This document shows positions 21,018-30,029 of a DNA stretch of 64,000 bases, piece after piece. The DNA comes from an uncultured Chloroflexia bacterium (lineage in GTDB: Bacteria > Chloroflexota > Limnocylindria > Limnocylindrales > CSP1-4): contig CAWGNI010000002.1 of the NCBI GenBank assembly GCA_963823925.1, forward strand, positions 153,292 to 217,291, in the 5' to 3' direction. Both the position numbers and the translations under genes were made by a program. The notes below the pieces were generated by a model. It worked only from the letters and a program-made list of their open reading frames with translations, had not been told where the DNA came from and searched no databases. Positions within the stretch are counted from its first letter, which is position 1, and each line of letters begins with the position of its first letter.

Positions 21018-22559
21018 ATGACACAGACGGCAGCACCAGACAGCAGCGATGTGACCAGGCCGGAGACGATCAGGGTGAGCCATTGGATCGACGGACGGGT
21101 CGTCGTCGGGTCCTCTGGGCGGGAGGGCCCGGTGTACGACCCGGCCACCGGTCAGGTGACGCGTCACGTCGACTTCGCGTCCATCGAGGAAGTGGGGACC
21201 GCCGTCGCGGCGGCCAAGGCTGCCTTGCCGGGTTGGCGCTCGACCTCGCTGTCCAAGCGGACCGACATCATGTTCAAGATCAGGAACCTGGTCGAGGCCA
21301 ACCGCAAGGAGATCGCGGCGTTGCTGACGGCCGAGCACGGCAAGGTCCCGTCGGACGCCCTCGGCGAGATCGCCCGCGGGATCGAGAACCTCGAATTCGC
21401 CTGCGGCATCGCCAGCCTGCTCAAGGGCGGCTACTCGGAGCAGGTCTCCGGCGGCGTCGATGTGTACCAGATCCGCCAGCCGCTCGGGGTCGTCGCGGGG
21501 ATCACCCCGTTCAACTTCCCGGCGATGGTCCCGATGTGGATGTTCGCGACCGCGATCGCAGCCGGCAACACGTTCATCCTCAAGCCGTCCGAGAAGGACC
21601 CATCCGCGTCCAACTTCCTGGCCGAGCTGCTGGCCGAGGCCGGCGTCCCGGACGGGGTCTTCAACGTCGTCCACGGCGACAAGGTGGCGGTCGATGCCAT
21701 CCTCGCCCATCCGGACGTCGCCGCGGTCTCGTTCGTCGGTTCCACGCCGATCGCCCGATACATCTACGAGACCGGCACGAAGGCTGGCAAACGCGTCCAG
21801 GCGCTCGGTGGGGCCAAGAACCACATGATCGTCCTGCCCGACGCCGACATCGAGATGGCCGCGGATGCGGCGGTCTCGGCCGGATACGGCTCGGCCGGCG
21901 AGCGTTGCATGGCGATCGCCACGATCGTCGCGGTCGGTGCCGTGGCGGACCCACTCGTCGAGGCGATCAAGCTCCGCCTGCCCAGGGTCAACGTCGGACC
22001 GGGCACGGATCCCAAGGCCGAGATGGGCCCGCTGGTCACTCGCCAGCATCGGGACAAGGTCGCCTCGTACCTCGACAGCGGCCCGGCCCAGGGCGCAACG
22101 GTCGTCGCCGATGGGCGCGAGCATCCGCTCTACGGCAGCTCCGACGGGTTCTTCCTGGGCGTTTCGCTCATCGATCACGTCACGCCGGCGATGGACGCCT
22201 ATCGCGACGAGATCTTCGGTCCGGTCCTGACGGTCATGCGGGTCGACACCTACGACGAGGCGGTCAAGCTCATCAACGATAACCCGTACGGCAACGGCAC
22301 GGCGATCTTCACCCGCGACGGCGGAGCCGCGCGTCAGTTCCAGTTCGACGTGAACGCCGGGATGGTCGGGATCAACGTGCCGATCCCGGTGCCCGTCTCC
22401 TACTACAGCTTCGGTGGCTGGAAGAGCTCGCTCTTCGGCGACCTGCACATGTACGGCCCGGAGGGTGTCCAGTTCTACACCCGGGCCAAGATCGTGACGG
22501 CTCGCTGGCCGGACCCGGGCACGAGCAAGGTCGACCTCGGCTTTCCCCGGACCCGCTAG
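21018..22559 (+). CDS. mmsA: methylmalonate-semialdehyde / malonate-semialdehyde dehydrogenase (CoA-acylating)
   Basis: Aldehyde dehydrogenase superfamily with MmsA-type features and a catalytic Cys region (GERCMA). The ORF is intact. The larger antisense ORF over it is a GC shadow. Confidence 0.9.
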   Translation: MTQTAAPDSSDVTRPETIRVSHWIDGRVVVGSSGREGPVYDPATGQVTRHVDFASIEEVGTAVAAAKAALPGWRSTSLSKRTDIMFKIRNLVEANRKEIAALLTAEHGKVPSDALGEIARGIENLEFACGIASLLKGGYSEQVSGGVDVYQIRQPLGVVAGITPFNFPAMVPMWMFATAIAAGNTFILKPSEKDPSASNFLAELLAEAGVPDGVFNVVHGDKVAVDAILAHPDVAAVSFVGSTPIARYIYETGTKAGKRVQALGGAKNHMIVLPDADIEMAADAAVSAGYGSAGERCMAIATIVAVGAVADPLVEAIKLRLPRVNVGPGTDPKAEMGPLVTRQHRDKVASYLDSGPAQGATVVADGREHPLYGSSDGFFLGVSLIDHVTPAMDAYRDEIFGPVLTVMRVDTYDEAVKLINDNPYGNGTAIFTRDGGAARQFQFDVNAGMVGINVPIPVPVSYYSFGGWKSSLFGDLHMYGPEGVQFYTRAKIVTARWPDPGTSKVDLGFPRTR

Positions 22560-22565
22560 GGGCCA

Positions 22566-23480
22566 TCACACCGGGCGGCTGCGTCGTCTCGAGAGCGCGG
22601 CGATGTCGGCCGGACCGGTCCCGCAGCAGCCGCCCAGCCAGGTCGTGCCGATCCGGCCAAACCGACCGCATCGGGGTCGAATGCCCGCCGGCGTCGGCGA
22701 CCCATTGCCGTTCCGTCGCGTCCCAGCGATCCCCTCCGTTCGGGTAAGCGATGAGGGGTGCGTCACTCACGGCCCTCGCCTCGGGCGCTTGCCAGCAGGT
22801 CCGGCAGATAGCGTGGCGCCGTGCAATTGACGCCGATCGCGAGGACCGTGGGTGCGTCCCCGAACGCGACGGCATCCTCGATCGGCTCCCCGGCGGCCGT
22901 CGTCTCGCCATCGCGGCATGCGTAGCTCAGCCAACCGCGGGCACCGAGCTCGCCCAGCAACGCGACGACGACATCCGCCTCGCGGATCGTCGGGATCGTC
23001 TCGACCGCAAGCAAGTCGGCCCCGGCTTCGAGCAGCACCTCCAGCCGGGGCCGGTGAAAGGCCGCGAACCCGGCCCTCGTCAGATGGTAGTCACCGCGGT
23101 ATTCGGATCCGTTGGCGAGCATCGCCCCGTACGGACCGACCGAGCCGGCCACCAGCAAGGGTCGATCGTCGCCCGTCTCCGCCCGATACCGGTCGCGCGC
23201 CCGCTGCGCGAGTACGACGCTCGATCGGATGAGGGAGAGCGCCGCGTCGCGCTCGAACCCGGCCCCGCGAAACCCTCGATCGAGGCCTGATAGCTAGCCG
23301 TCGTCGCGACCTGGGCTCCGGCCCGGAAATAGGCCAGGTGGACGTCCTCGATCGCATCCGGATCCGTCTGGAGCAGGCGGGCCGACCAAAGGTGGTCCGA
23401 CAGATCGTGGCCGCGAGCCATCAACTCCGTCGCCAGCCCACCGTCGAGGACGGCGACGTCGTCCGGGACCGGGCCAGCTC
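22566..23480 (-). pseudogene. mmuM: homocysteine S-methyltransferase (MmuM/BHMT family) disrupted by at least 3 frameshifts
   Basis: The homology runs across three reading frames. The N-terminal part ([17 protein letters not shown]...ASIEGF) is in one frame. The middle ([10 protein letters not shown]...GVNCTAPRY) is in a second. The C-terminal parts (PLIAYPNGGDRWDA and TTWLGGCCGTGPADIAAL) are in two further frame segments. No start codon is evident either. Confidence 0.7.
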
Positions 23481-23492
23481 GGCGAGTCCACC

Positions 23493-24890
23493 TCAGTGCG
23501 TTCGGACGTAGTCTGCCGCGGATCGCTTGATGAATCGGCCGTGGCCTCGGCGGCCCGTGAACTCCCCATCGCGGACGATGACCGAGCCGCGCGACAGGAC
23601 GATATCGCTCCCGCCCTGGACGGAGCGCCCTTCGTAGCACGAATAGTCGACGGCCATGTGGTGAGTCGCTGCCGAGATCGTATGTCGCCGGTCGGGGTCG
23701 TAGATGACGATATCGGCATCGGAGCCGACCGCGATGGCACCCTTCTTCGGGTACATCCCGAACAGCTTGGCCGGCGCCGTCGCGATGATCTCCACCCACC
23801 GCTCCCGGGTGATCCGGCCACCGACGACGCCGCCGTCGTGGAGCAGATCCAGCCGGTCCTCGACGCCAGGCAGGCCGTTCGGGACCTTGCGGAAGTCATC
23901 GCGGCCGAGGTCCTTCTGGCCGTGGAAGTCGAACGGACAGTGGTCCGTGGCCACCAGCTGGAGGTCGTCCCTGACCAGACCCGTCCAGAGCTCCTCCCAG
24001 TGATCCTTCGTGCGGAGGGGAGGGGAGCACACGAACTTGGCGCCCTCGAACCCGTGGCCCAGGTCGTCGAGCGACAGGAACAGGTACTGCGGGCAGGTCT
24101 CGGCGAACACGTCCGACCCCCGATCGCGGGCATCCCGCACGACGTCGAGCGCCTCCCGGGCGGACAGGTGGACGAAGTAGACGGGCGCTCCGGCCGCCTC
24201 CGCCAGGCGGATGACCCGGTTCGTCGCCTCGCCCTCGAAGACGGGCATCCGGGCCAGCCCGTGACCGATCGGGTCGGTCGTGCCGGCCGCCACGGTCTGC
24301 TCGGCCACGACGTCGATGGCCATCCCGTTCTCCGCGTGCATCATGATCAGTCCGCCATTCGCGGCCGTCTGCTGCAGCGCCCGGAAGATCGCCCCATCGT
24401 CGCTGTAGAAGACGCCCGGGTAGGCGGTGAACAGCTTGAAGTCCGGCACCCCCTCGGCCACCAGCCCGTCCATCTCGGCCAGCGTGTCGTCATTGACGTC
24501 GCTCATGATCATGTGGAAGCCGTAGTCGGTCACGGCATTGCCCTCGGCCTTGGCGTGCCAGGTGTCGAGACCGTCGCGCAGGGACGCTCCCCGCGACTGG
24601 ACGGCGAAGTCCACGATCGTGGTGGTGCCTCCGAAGGCTGCCGCGCGCGTGCCCGACTCGAAGGTGTCCTTGGCGAACGTCCCGCCGAAGGGCAACTCCA
24701 TGTGGGTGTGGACGTCGATCCCGCCCGGGATGACGTACTTTCCGGTCGCGTCGATCGTCTCGTCGGGCTCGGCACCCGATGCGAGGAGATCGGTCCCGAT
24801 CCGCGCGATCGTCTCGCCATCGATCAGGACGTCGGCGACGGTCGAACCGTCGGCCGTGACGATCGTCCCGCCGGTGATCAGGGTGCGCAT
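23493..24890 (-). CDS. dihydropyrimidinase / D-hydantoinase (cyclic amidohydrolase)
   Basis: 465 aa of the metal-dependent amidohydrolase family with the HxH motif ([13 protein letters not shown]), a carboxylated-Lys region and hydantoinase-family similarity end to end. Confidence 0.85.
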   Translation of the reverse strand: MRTLITGGTIVTADGSTVADVLIDGETIARIGTDLLASGAEPDETIDATGKYVIPGGIDVHTHMELPFGGTFAKDTFESGTRAAAFGGTTTIVDFAVQSRGASLRDGLDTWHAKAEGNAVTDYGFHMIMSDVNDDTLAEMDGLVAEGVPDFKLFTAYPGVFYSDDGAIFRALQQTAANGGLIMMHAENGMAIDVVAEQTVAAGTTDPIGHGLARMPVFEGEATNRVIRLAEAAGAPVYFVHLSAREALDVVRDARDRGSDVFAETCPQYLFLSLDDLGHGFEGAKFVCSPPLRTKDHWEELWTGLVRDDLQLVATDHCPFDFHGQKDLGRDDFRKVPNGLPGVEDRLDLLHDGGVVGGRITRERWVEIIATAPAKLFGMYPKKGAIAVGSDADIVIYDPDRRHTISAATHHMAVDYSCYEGRSVQGGSDIVLSRGSVIVRDGEFTGRRGHGRFIKRSAADYVRTH

Positions 24891-24923
24891 CGGTCCCTCC
24901 TCGCCAGGTCGGCCTCTATCAGG

Positions 24924-25166
24924 TCAGGACCAGCATCGTAGGCGATGTGGGAGGAACGCCGCTGCGCCGGGGCGGCGGGTCAGCCCAGACCGAGTCGCCG
25001 GCGCCAACGGAGCGAGGATCCGAAGCCAGAGCGCCCCGACCAGGCCGCACGCCGTGATCGCGAGGCCGACGGCCAGCAGGCTCTCGGCCTGGACTCGGCG
25101 CCGGGTCCGCTTGGCGCGCACGCCTTCATCACCCCACCAGGGATCGCGGCCACGTCGTCGGATCAT
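24924..25166 (-). CDS. possible small membrane protein (hypothetical)
   Basis: About 80-aa ORF with one TM (LLAVGLAITACGLVGALWL) in the 400-bp gap between the LLM and hydantoinase genes. Support is weak. Confidence 0.2.
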   Translation of the reverse strand: MIRRRGRDPWWGDEGVRAKRTRRRVQAESLLAVGLAITACGLVGALWLRILAPLAPATRSGLTRRPGAAAFLPHRLRCWS

Positions 25167-25295
25167 CGCCCACCTCCAGGACGGCCCGGCAGCGACCGCT
25201 GGATCGACGGCGGCTGCGACGGGCGGACGACCATCGTCGCCGATACCGGGTACCGGTCGCCACCCTGACATCCGGCCCATCCGCCCCGACGACGA

Positions 25296-26290
25296 CTAGC
25301 CGCGCAGGCCCGGGATGACGTCCCGCCCGTACGCCTCGAGCTGGGCTTCCTCATCGCCGCTCATGAGATACAGGTTGAACTGGTCGACGCCGGCATCCGC
25401 CAGTTCGTGCAACTTGGCGACGTGCTCGTCGACCGAGCCGAGGATGCAGAACCGGTCCGCGACCTCGTCGCCGACGAAGGCGGCATTGGATGAACCGACC
25501 TCGGCGTGGTGCTCGTAGTCGTAGCCGGACCGATCGGTGACGTATCCGGTCAGGCTGGCCGGGAGCTGCTCGCGCGGGTACTTGTTGACGAGGTCGACGA
25601 CGTGGTTGGAGACGAGCGCCGGGAACCATCGAGTCCGCTCGCGGCCGACGTCGCGCGGTCCGACGTAGGCGGCGGCCGCCGACTGGACCTTGATCGTCGC
25701 CGGGTCCCGACCGGCCGCCGCGGCGGCCTCGCGGACCTGTCCGACGAACCAGCGGATGAGGTCCGGATCCGCGAGCTGGAGGATGATCCCGTCGGCGACC
25801 CGCCCGGCCATCTTGAGGGCCATGGGTCCATAGCCCGCGACCCAGACGGGCAGGGTCCAGTCGCCGGTCCAGGGCAACCGCAATTCGGTCCCCTCGTACT
25901 CGATGTCGCGCCCTTCGACGAGCGCCTTGATGGCGACGATCGCCTCCTCAAGGGTCGCCATCGTCGTCGGTGGCTTGCCGAGCATGCGTCGCGCCGAGTC
26001 GCCGCGACCGATCCCGAGATCCATCCGCCCGTCGGAGATCTCGTTCAGGGTCGCCAGAGTCGAGGCGGTGACCGACGGTTCGCGGGTCGCCGGGTTGGTG
26101 ACGCATGTGCCCAGGCGGAGCCGGGTCGTCGCCTCCGCCATCAGGGTCAGGAGGACGTACGGCTCACGCCAAAGGACGTGGGAGTCGAAGAGCCACGCGT
26201 AGTCGAACCCTGCCGACTTCGGCCTGGCGGGTCAGCGCCAGGGTTCGCTCGATCGAATGCTCAGGCTTGAGGGTGAAACCGAACTGCATG
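25296..26290 (-). CDS. LLM-class (luciferase-like) flavin/F420-dependent oxidoreductase, interrupted by a +1 frameshift near 26213
   Basis: The N-terminus MQFGFTLKPEHSIERTLALTRQAEV lies in one frame (26290..about 26215). The remainder (FDYAWLFDSHVLWREPYVLLTLMAEATT...) lies in the next frame down to 25296. One extra G in gtcgGcagg explains the shift. Confidence 0.7.
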
Positions 26291-26299
26291 ACAACGATC

Positions 26300-27163
26300 C
26301 TACGGGCGGGTCAGATCGGCGTAGGCGTCGGGCCGACGGTCACGGAAGAATTGCCAGGTGTTGCGGACCTCCGCGATCCGGTCCATGTCGAGGTCCCGGA
26401 CGATGAGCTCCTCGTCATGGGCGCTGCCGAGCTCGCCGACGAACTGGCCGCGCGGGTCGACGAAGTAGCTCTGGCCGTAGAAATCGTCGTCGCCGATCTC
26501 GGCCTCGATCCCGACCCGGTTGATCGTGCCGACGTAGTAGCCGTTGGCGATGGCGTGACTGACCTGCTCGATCCGCCACAGGTGCTCGGACAGCCCGCGC
26601 GATGTCGCGCTCGGGATCAGGACGATCTCCGCCCCGTTCAACCCGAGCGCTCGTGCTCCCTCCGGGAAGTGGCGGTCATAGCAGATATAGACGCCGATCT
26701 TGCCGACCGCCGTCTCGAACACGGGATAGCCGAGGTTGCCCGGCCGGAAGTAGAACTTCTCCCAGAACCCCTTGACATGGGGGATGTGGGTCTTCCGGTA
26801 CTTCCCCAGGTACGTTCCGTCCGGATCGATGACCGCCGCGGTGTTGTAGTAGATCCCCGCGGCCTTCTCATCTACCTCGTACATCGGGGCGACGACGACC
26901 ATCCCGGTCTGCTTGGCGAGATCCTGCATCCGCTTCGTCGTCGGGCCGTCCGGGATCAGCTCCGTGTAGCTGTAGTACTGGGCGTCCTGGACCTGGCAGA
27001 AGTACGGCCCGTAGAACAGTTCCTGGAACAGGATGAACTGGGCCCCCTGCTTGGCCGCCTCGTGCGCGTGGGCTTCGTGCTTCTGGATCATCGATTCCTT
27101 GTCGCCGGTCCAGGTGGCCTGGACGAGCGCACCGCGGATCATTCGAGCCATGTCGCGGATCAC
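26300..27163 (-). CDS. carbon-nitrogen hydrolase family enzyme: beta-ureidopropionase / N-carbamoyl-amino-acid amidohydrolase
   Basis: Nitrilase-superfamily fold with a catalytic Cys region (GVYICYDRHFPE) and an E-K-C triad context. It is adjacent to the dihydropyrimidinase gene. Confidence 0.75.
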   Translation of the reverse strand: MIRDMARMIRGALVQATWTGDKESMIQKHEAHAHEAAKQGAQFILFQELFYGPYFCQVQDAQYYSYTELIPDGPTTKRMQDLAKQTGMVVVAPMYEVDEKAAGIYYNTAAVIDPDGTYLGKYRKTHIPHVKGFWEKFYFRPGNLGYPVFETAVGKIGVYICYDRHFPEGARALGLNGAEIVLIPSATSRGLSEHLWRIEQVSHAIANGYYVGTINRVGIEAEIGDDDFYGQSYFVDPRGQFVGELGSAHDEELIVRDLDMDRIAEVRNTWQFFRDRRPDAYADLTRP

Positions 27164-27223
27164 CTCGCTTGGCTGTCGGGTCGGTCCAAGTGGCCTGAGG
27201 GTACACCGCTGCGGGCGGGCGGA

Positions 27224-27613
27224 TCAGTCGGGGATCGCGTCCGGACGGCGGCGGCTGTACCACTCGGTGAACTCGCGGCAGCGGCCGTCCCCGTCGAACC
27301 GGCACACGAAGATATTCGCGAACTCGCGGTCGACCGCCGCTCGATCGTCGGTCAGATACCGGGTCCGGCCGTGGGCGACGCAGGTGTCGCCATCGATCGC
27401 GAGGACCTCGTAGTCGGCCTCCCACGAGCCGGGCGCATCCGGTTCGACCAGCCACGCAGCGACGACCGCGGGCCGACCGACGACCGCTTCGCTGAAGGGG
27501 TCGAACGCGTAGCGGATCTCAGGGCTGAACAGGTCCCCGATGGCGAGCGGGTCGAGCAGTCGCCAGGCATCGACATACCGATCGAGCCAGGACTTGAAGG
27601 CGGCGTGATCCAT
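27224..27613 (-). CDS. NTF2-like / SnoaL-like domain protein (paralog of 50330..50719)
   Basis: 129 aa. WLDRYVDAW...DPLAIGDLFSP...VVGRPAVVAAWL...RFDGDGRCREFTEWY aligns residue by residue with the protein at 50330..50719. Confidence 0.6.
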   Translation of the reverse strand: MDHAAFKSWLDRYVDAWRLLDPLAIGDLFSPEIRYAFDPFSEAVVGRPAVVAAWLVEPDAPGSWEADYEVLAIDGDTCVAHGRTRYLTDDRAAVDREFANIFVCRFDGDGRCREFTEWYSRRRPDAIPD

Positions 27614-27677
27614 CTGGGCTCCTCGATGCGGCGTACGCTCAAGGTAGCACCGGCGCAGTCGTCGGTCTTGTCGTGGA

Positions 27678-28334
27678 TCAGCGGGCGAGCTTGGTCGACA
27701 TGCCGGTGTGGAGGAACGCCGTGAACCGAGCGGTCACGGCGAAGACCCGATGGACCCGGACGCCGCGCGTCAGCGTGCTGATCGCCTTGCCCTTGCCGAT
27801 ATAGATGCCGACGTGGGTGCCGCCGCCCCAGATCACCAGGTCACCGATCTTCGGGTGATGCCGGCTGGCCTTGCCGTGCGCCTTGAACCAGTGGTACAGC
27901 GAGCTCGCCGAGCGAAGCCGCGCGGCCCGGATCGCGTGACCGTCGTCTGCCCGCTTGTAGGCGAAGCGGACCAGGCCGGAGCAGTCGAACTTGTTTGGCC
28001 CGTCGGCGCCGTATCGCCACGGATCCCCGATCTTGTTCCGGGCGATCCGGATGATCTGCTGGGCCTCGGTCATCGTCGGCGCCGGGGCGACCGGTGGCGG
28101 GTCGACCGGTGGCGGATCGACCGGTGGCGGATCGACCGGTGGCGGATCGACCGGTGGCGGCACGATCGTCCCGTCGTCGGTCGGGCCGAGGATCGGGTCG
28201 GTTGGGGCGAGGATCGGGTCGGCCGCGACCGGGGTCGAAGCGGCGGCCGGCGCCGAAGCGACCGGGCTCAGGGCGATGGCGAGGGCAAGCGCCGCGGGGA
28301 TCGAGGCGCGAGCGCCCAGACGGATGGTTCGCAA
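27678..28334 (-). CDS. NlpC/P60 family peptidoglycan endopeptidase with signal peptide and (PPVD)n proline-rich repeat
   Basis: NlpC/P60 catalytic Cys (FDCSGLVRFAY) and His (GTHVGIYIG). TTG start with a GAAGGAG RBS. The repeat is PPVDPPPVDPPPVDPPPVDPPPV. Confidence 0.8.
   Translation of the reverse strand: MRTIRLGARASIPAALALAIALSPVASAPAAASTPVAADPILAPTDPILGPTDDGTIVPPPVDPPPVDPPPVDPPPVDPPPVAPAPTMTEAQQIIRIARNKIGDPWRYGADGPNKFDCSGLVRFAYKRADDGHAIRAARLRSASSLYHWFKAHGKASRHHPKIGDLVIWGGGTHVGIYIGKGKAISTLTRGVRVHRVFAVTARFTAFLHTGMSTKLAR
28088..28162. repeat. 15-bp tandem repeat (gtcgaccggtggcgg x5) encoding the PPVD proline-rich repeat inside the NlpC/P60 gene
   Basis: Direct reading: ggtcgaccggtggcg units repeated five times with one substitution (ggg/gga). 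Confidence 0.8.
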
Positions 28335-28614
28335 GTGATGCTCCTTCGTGCACACCGTCGCGTCGTGGCGCGACGGGCAGGACCGCCCGTGGTGGCCGCA
28401 CGGAAAGGACATGGCGAACCGGCAGTGGCCAGGTTCCTGGGAGGAGCCGGCAAACGGTGAGCGATGCCGGCGAGTGGCTCGGAGAGCCGTGCGAACGGGC
28501 GCGTGTTCGTGCTTTCCGGGTTCCCGTGTGATCTGGTGGGTCGATCAGCGTGGCGCAGTCTAGTCGTGTTCCCGAGAACGCGCTGGCGGCGAAGGGAGCG
28601 ACTAGCATCCGCTC

Positions 28615-29571
28615 GTGACCAGCGCGACCGACGACCCCGCCGCACCGCTCATCATCGTGAATCCACGGGCGGCGCGACTCCACGCCGCGCACCACCGTCA
28701 CGACGTGGTGGACGGGGTCGTGCGAGCGGTACGCGCAAGGACCGGGGAGACACCCCGGGTGGAGATGGGCAGCCTCGAGGCCGCCCAGACGGCCCTCGAG
28801 GCGAGCGACAGGGCGAGCCTGGTGGTCGCCGTCGGTGGCGACGGGACCATCCGGCAGGCCGCCGCCGCCCTCGCCGGGCGCCCGGTCACATTGGCGATCG
28901 TCCCGGGCGGCACCGGGAACGTGATGGCGGGATCGCTGCGGATCCGTGGGATCGGCCCGGCCCTGGAGGTGATCCGGCACGGAGAACCGCGCACGATCGA
29001 CCTTGGGATGGCGCGCTGGGGCTCGCCCGGCACGACCGAGCCCGCGGGCGAGTCGATCTTCCTGGTGGCCTGCGGCATGGGCCTCGACGCGCGGATCATG
29101 GCCGCCGCAGAGCATGAATGGAAACGCCGGATGCGATTCGGGGCCTACGTCGGTGCGGCTCTCAAGACCCTGCCTCGGCTCCGGCCCGCCGATTTCCAGA
29201 TCGACGCGGATGACGAGCACCTGGAGATCCGCGGCTACCTCGCGCTCGTCGCCAATGCCGGTGAACTGGTACCGGGGCGGATCGGACCGCGACGACGGAT
29301 CGACCCGTCCGACGGGCATCTCGACCTCATCGTCGTCGGCGGTGCCCATCCGGTCGCAGGCCTGCAGGCCGCAGCGCGCCTCATGCGGGCGCCCGGCGAC
29401 CTCGGTGGCAGCGTCATCCGGCGGGCGGTCGACCGCGTCCGGATCGCCTCGGATCCATCGGAGCCGATCGAGATCGACGGCGACCATCGAGCCGCCGGGC
29501 TGGCTCGAGGCGACGACCGTGCCACACGCGCTCCGCGTGCTCACGCCGAGACCTTGACGCCGACCGCCTGA
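28615..29571 (+). CDS. diacylglycerol kinase catalytic-domain family lipid kinase (YegS/BmrU-like)
   Basis: DAGK_cat motifs (VVAVGGDGT, IVPGGTGN). Confidence 0.7.
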   Translation: MTSATDDPAAPLIIVNPRAARLHAAHHRHDVVDGVVRAVRARTGETPRVEMGSLEAAQTALEASDRASLVVAVGGDGTIRQAAAALAGRPVTLAIVPGGTGNVMAGSLRIRGIGPALEVIRHGEPRTIDLGMARWGSPGTTEPAGESIFLVACGMGLDARIMAAAEHEWKRRMRFGAYVGAALKTLPRLRPADFQIDADDEHLEIRGYLALVANAGELVPGRIGPRRRIDPSDGHLDLIVVGGAHPVAGLQAAARLMRAPGDLGGSVIRRAVDRVRIASDPSEPIEIDGDHRAAGLARGDDRATRAPRAHAETLTPTA

Positions 29572-29594
29572 TCGCCCTCTGGTAGCCTGTCGAC

Positions 29595-30029
29595 GTGGGC
29601 CAGATGACCTCCTCCAGGACGGCCACGGCGGGCATCGGGATCCTGGTGGTCGTCGTCGCGACGGCCGTCCGCGCCTTCTTCGCCGTCGTCGGCATGCTGA
29701 TCAGTGCCGGGGTCATGGATGAGAACGGACTTGCGCCCCTCTCCCCGGTCCCGGTCTACCCGTTGGACTCCGCGGCCGGCATCGTCTCGATGCTCCTGCT
29801 GGCCGGGGTCCTGGCGATGAGCCTTGCGAGCATCTGGGGCCTCGTCCGGAGACGATCGTGGGGCTGGACGCTGGCGATCGTGACGTCCGGGCTGATGCTG
29901 ACGTTGAGTCTGGGGTGGTGGGCTGCGGGTGAACCCCACTACCTGTCGATGTTCATCAATTCGGTAGCCGTCTTCTATCTGAATCAGCGGGACCTGCGGG
30001 CCGTGTTCGGGATCGGTCGCGGTGACTGA
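29595..30029 (+). CDS. membrane protein (hypothetical, 4 TM)
   Basis: 144-aa hydrophobic ORF. Its end overlaps the next gene start by 8 nt. Confidence 0.4.
   Translation: MGQMTSSRTATAGIGILVVVVATAVRAFFAVVGMLISAGVMDENGLAPLSPVPVYPLDSAAGIVSMLLLAGVLAMSLASIWGLVRRRSWGWTLAIVTSGLMLTLSLGWWAAGEPHYLSMFINSVAVFYLNQRDLRAVFGIGRGD

Noticed and set aside
20310-22448. 712-aa ORF on the minus strand
   Set aside because: It lies entirely antisense to the intact, strongly homologous mmsA (21018..22559) and the Lgt-like gene. Its translation is arginine/proline/glycine-rich with no motifs. This is a typical high-GC shadow ORF.
28335-28614. Calling a c-di-AMP (ydaO) riboswitch outright
   Set aside because: Context (NlpC/P60 in an actinobacterium) is suggestive. 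I could not identify the conserved ydaO core elements by eye, so it is left as a hypothesis requiring Infernal.
27841-29544. 567-aa ORF on the minus strand overlapping NlpC/P60 and DAGK regions
   Set aside because: It has no homology signal and is R/P/G-rich. It runs antisense to a DAGK-domain gene with clear motifs and partly through an intergenic region. I judged it spurious.
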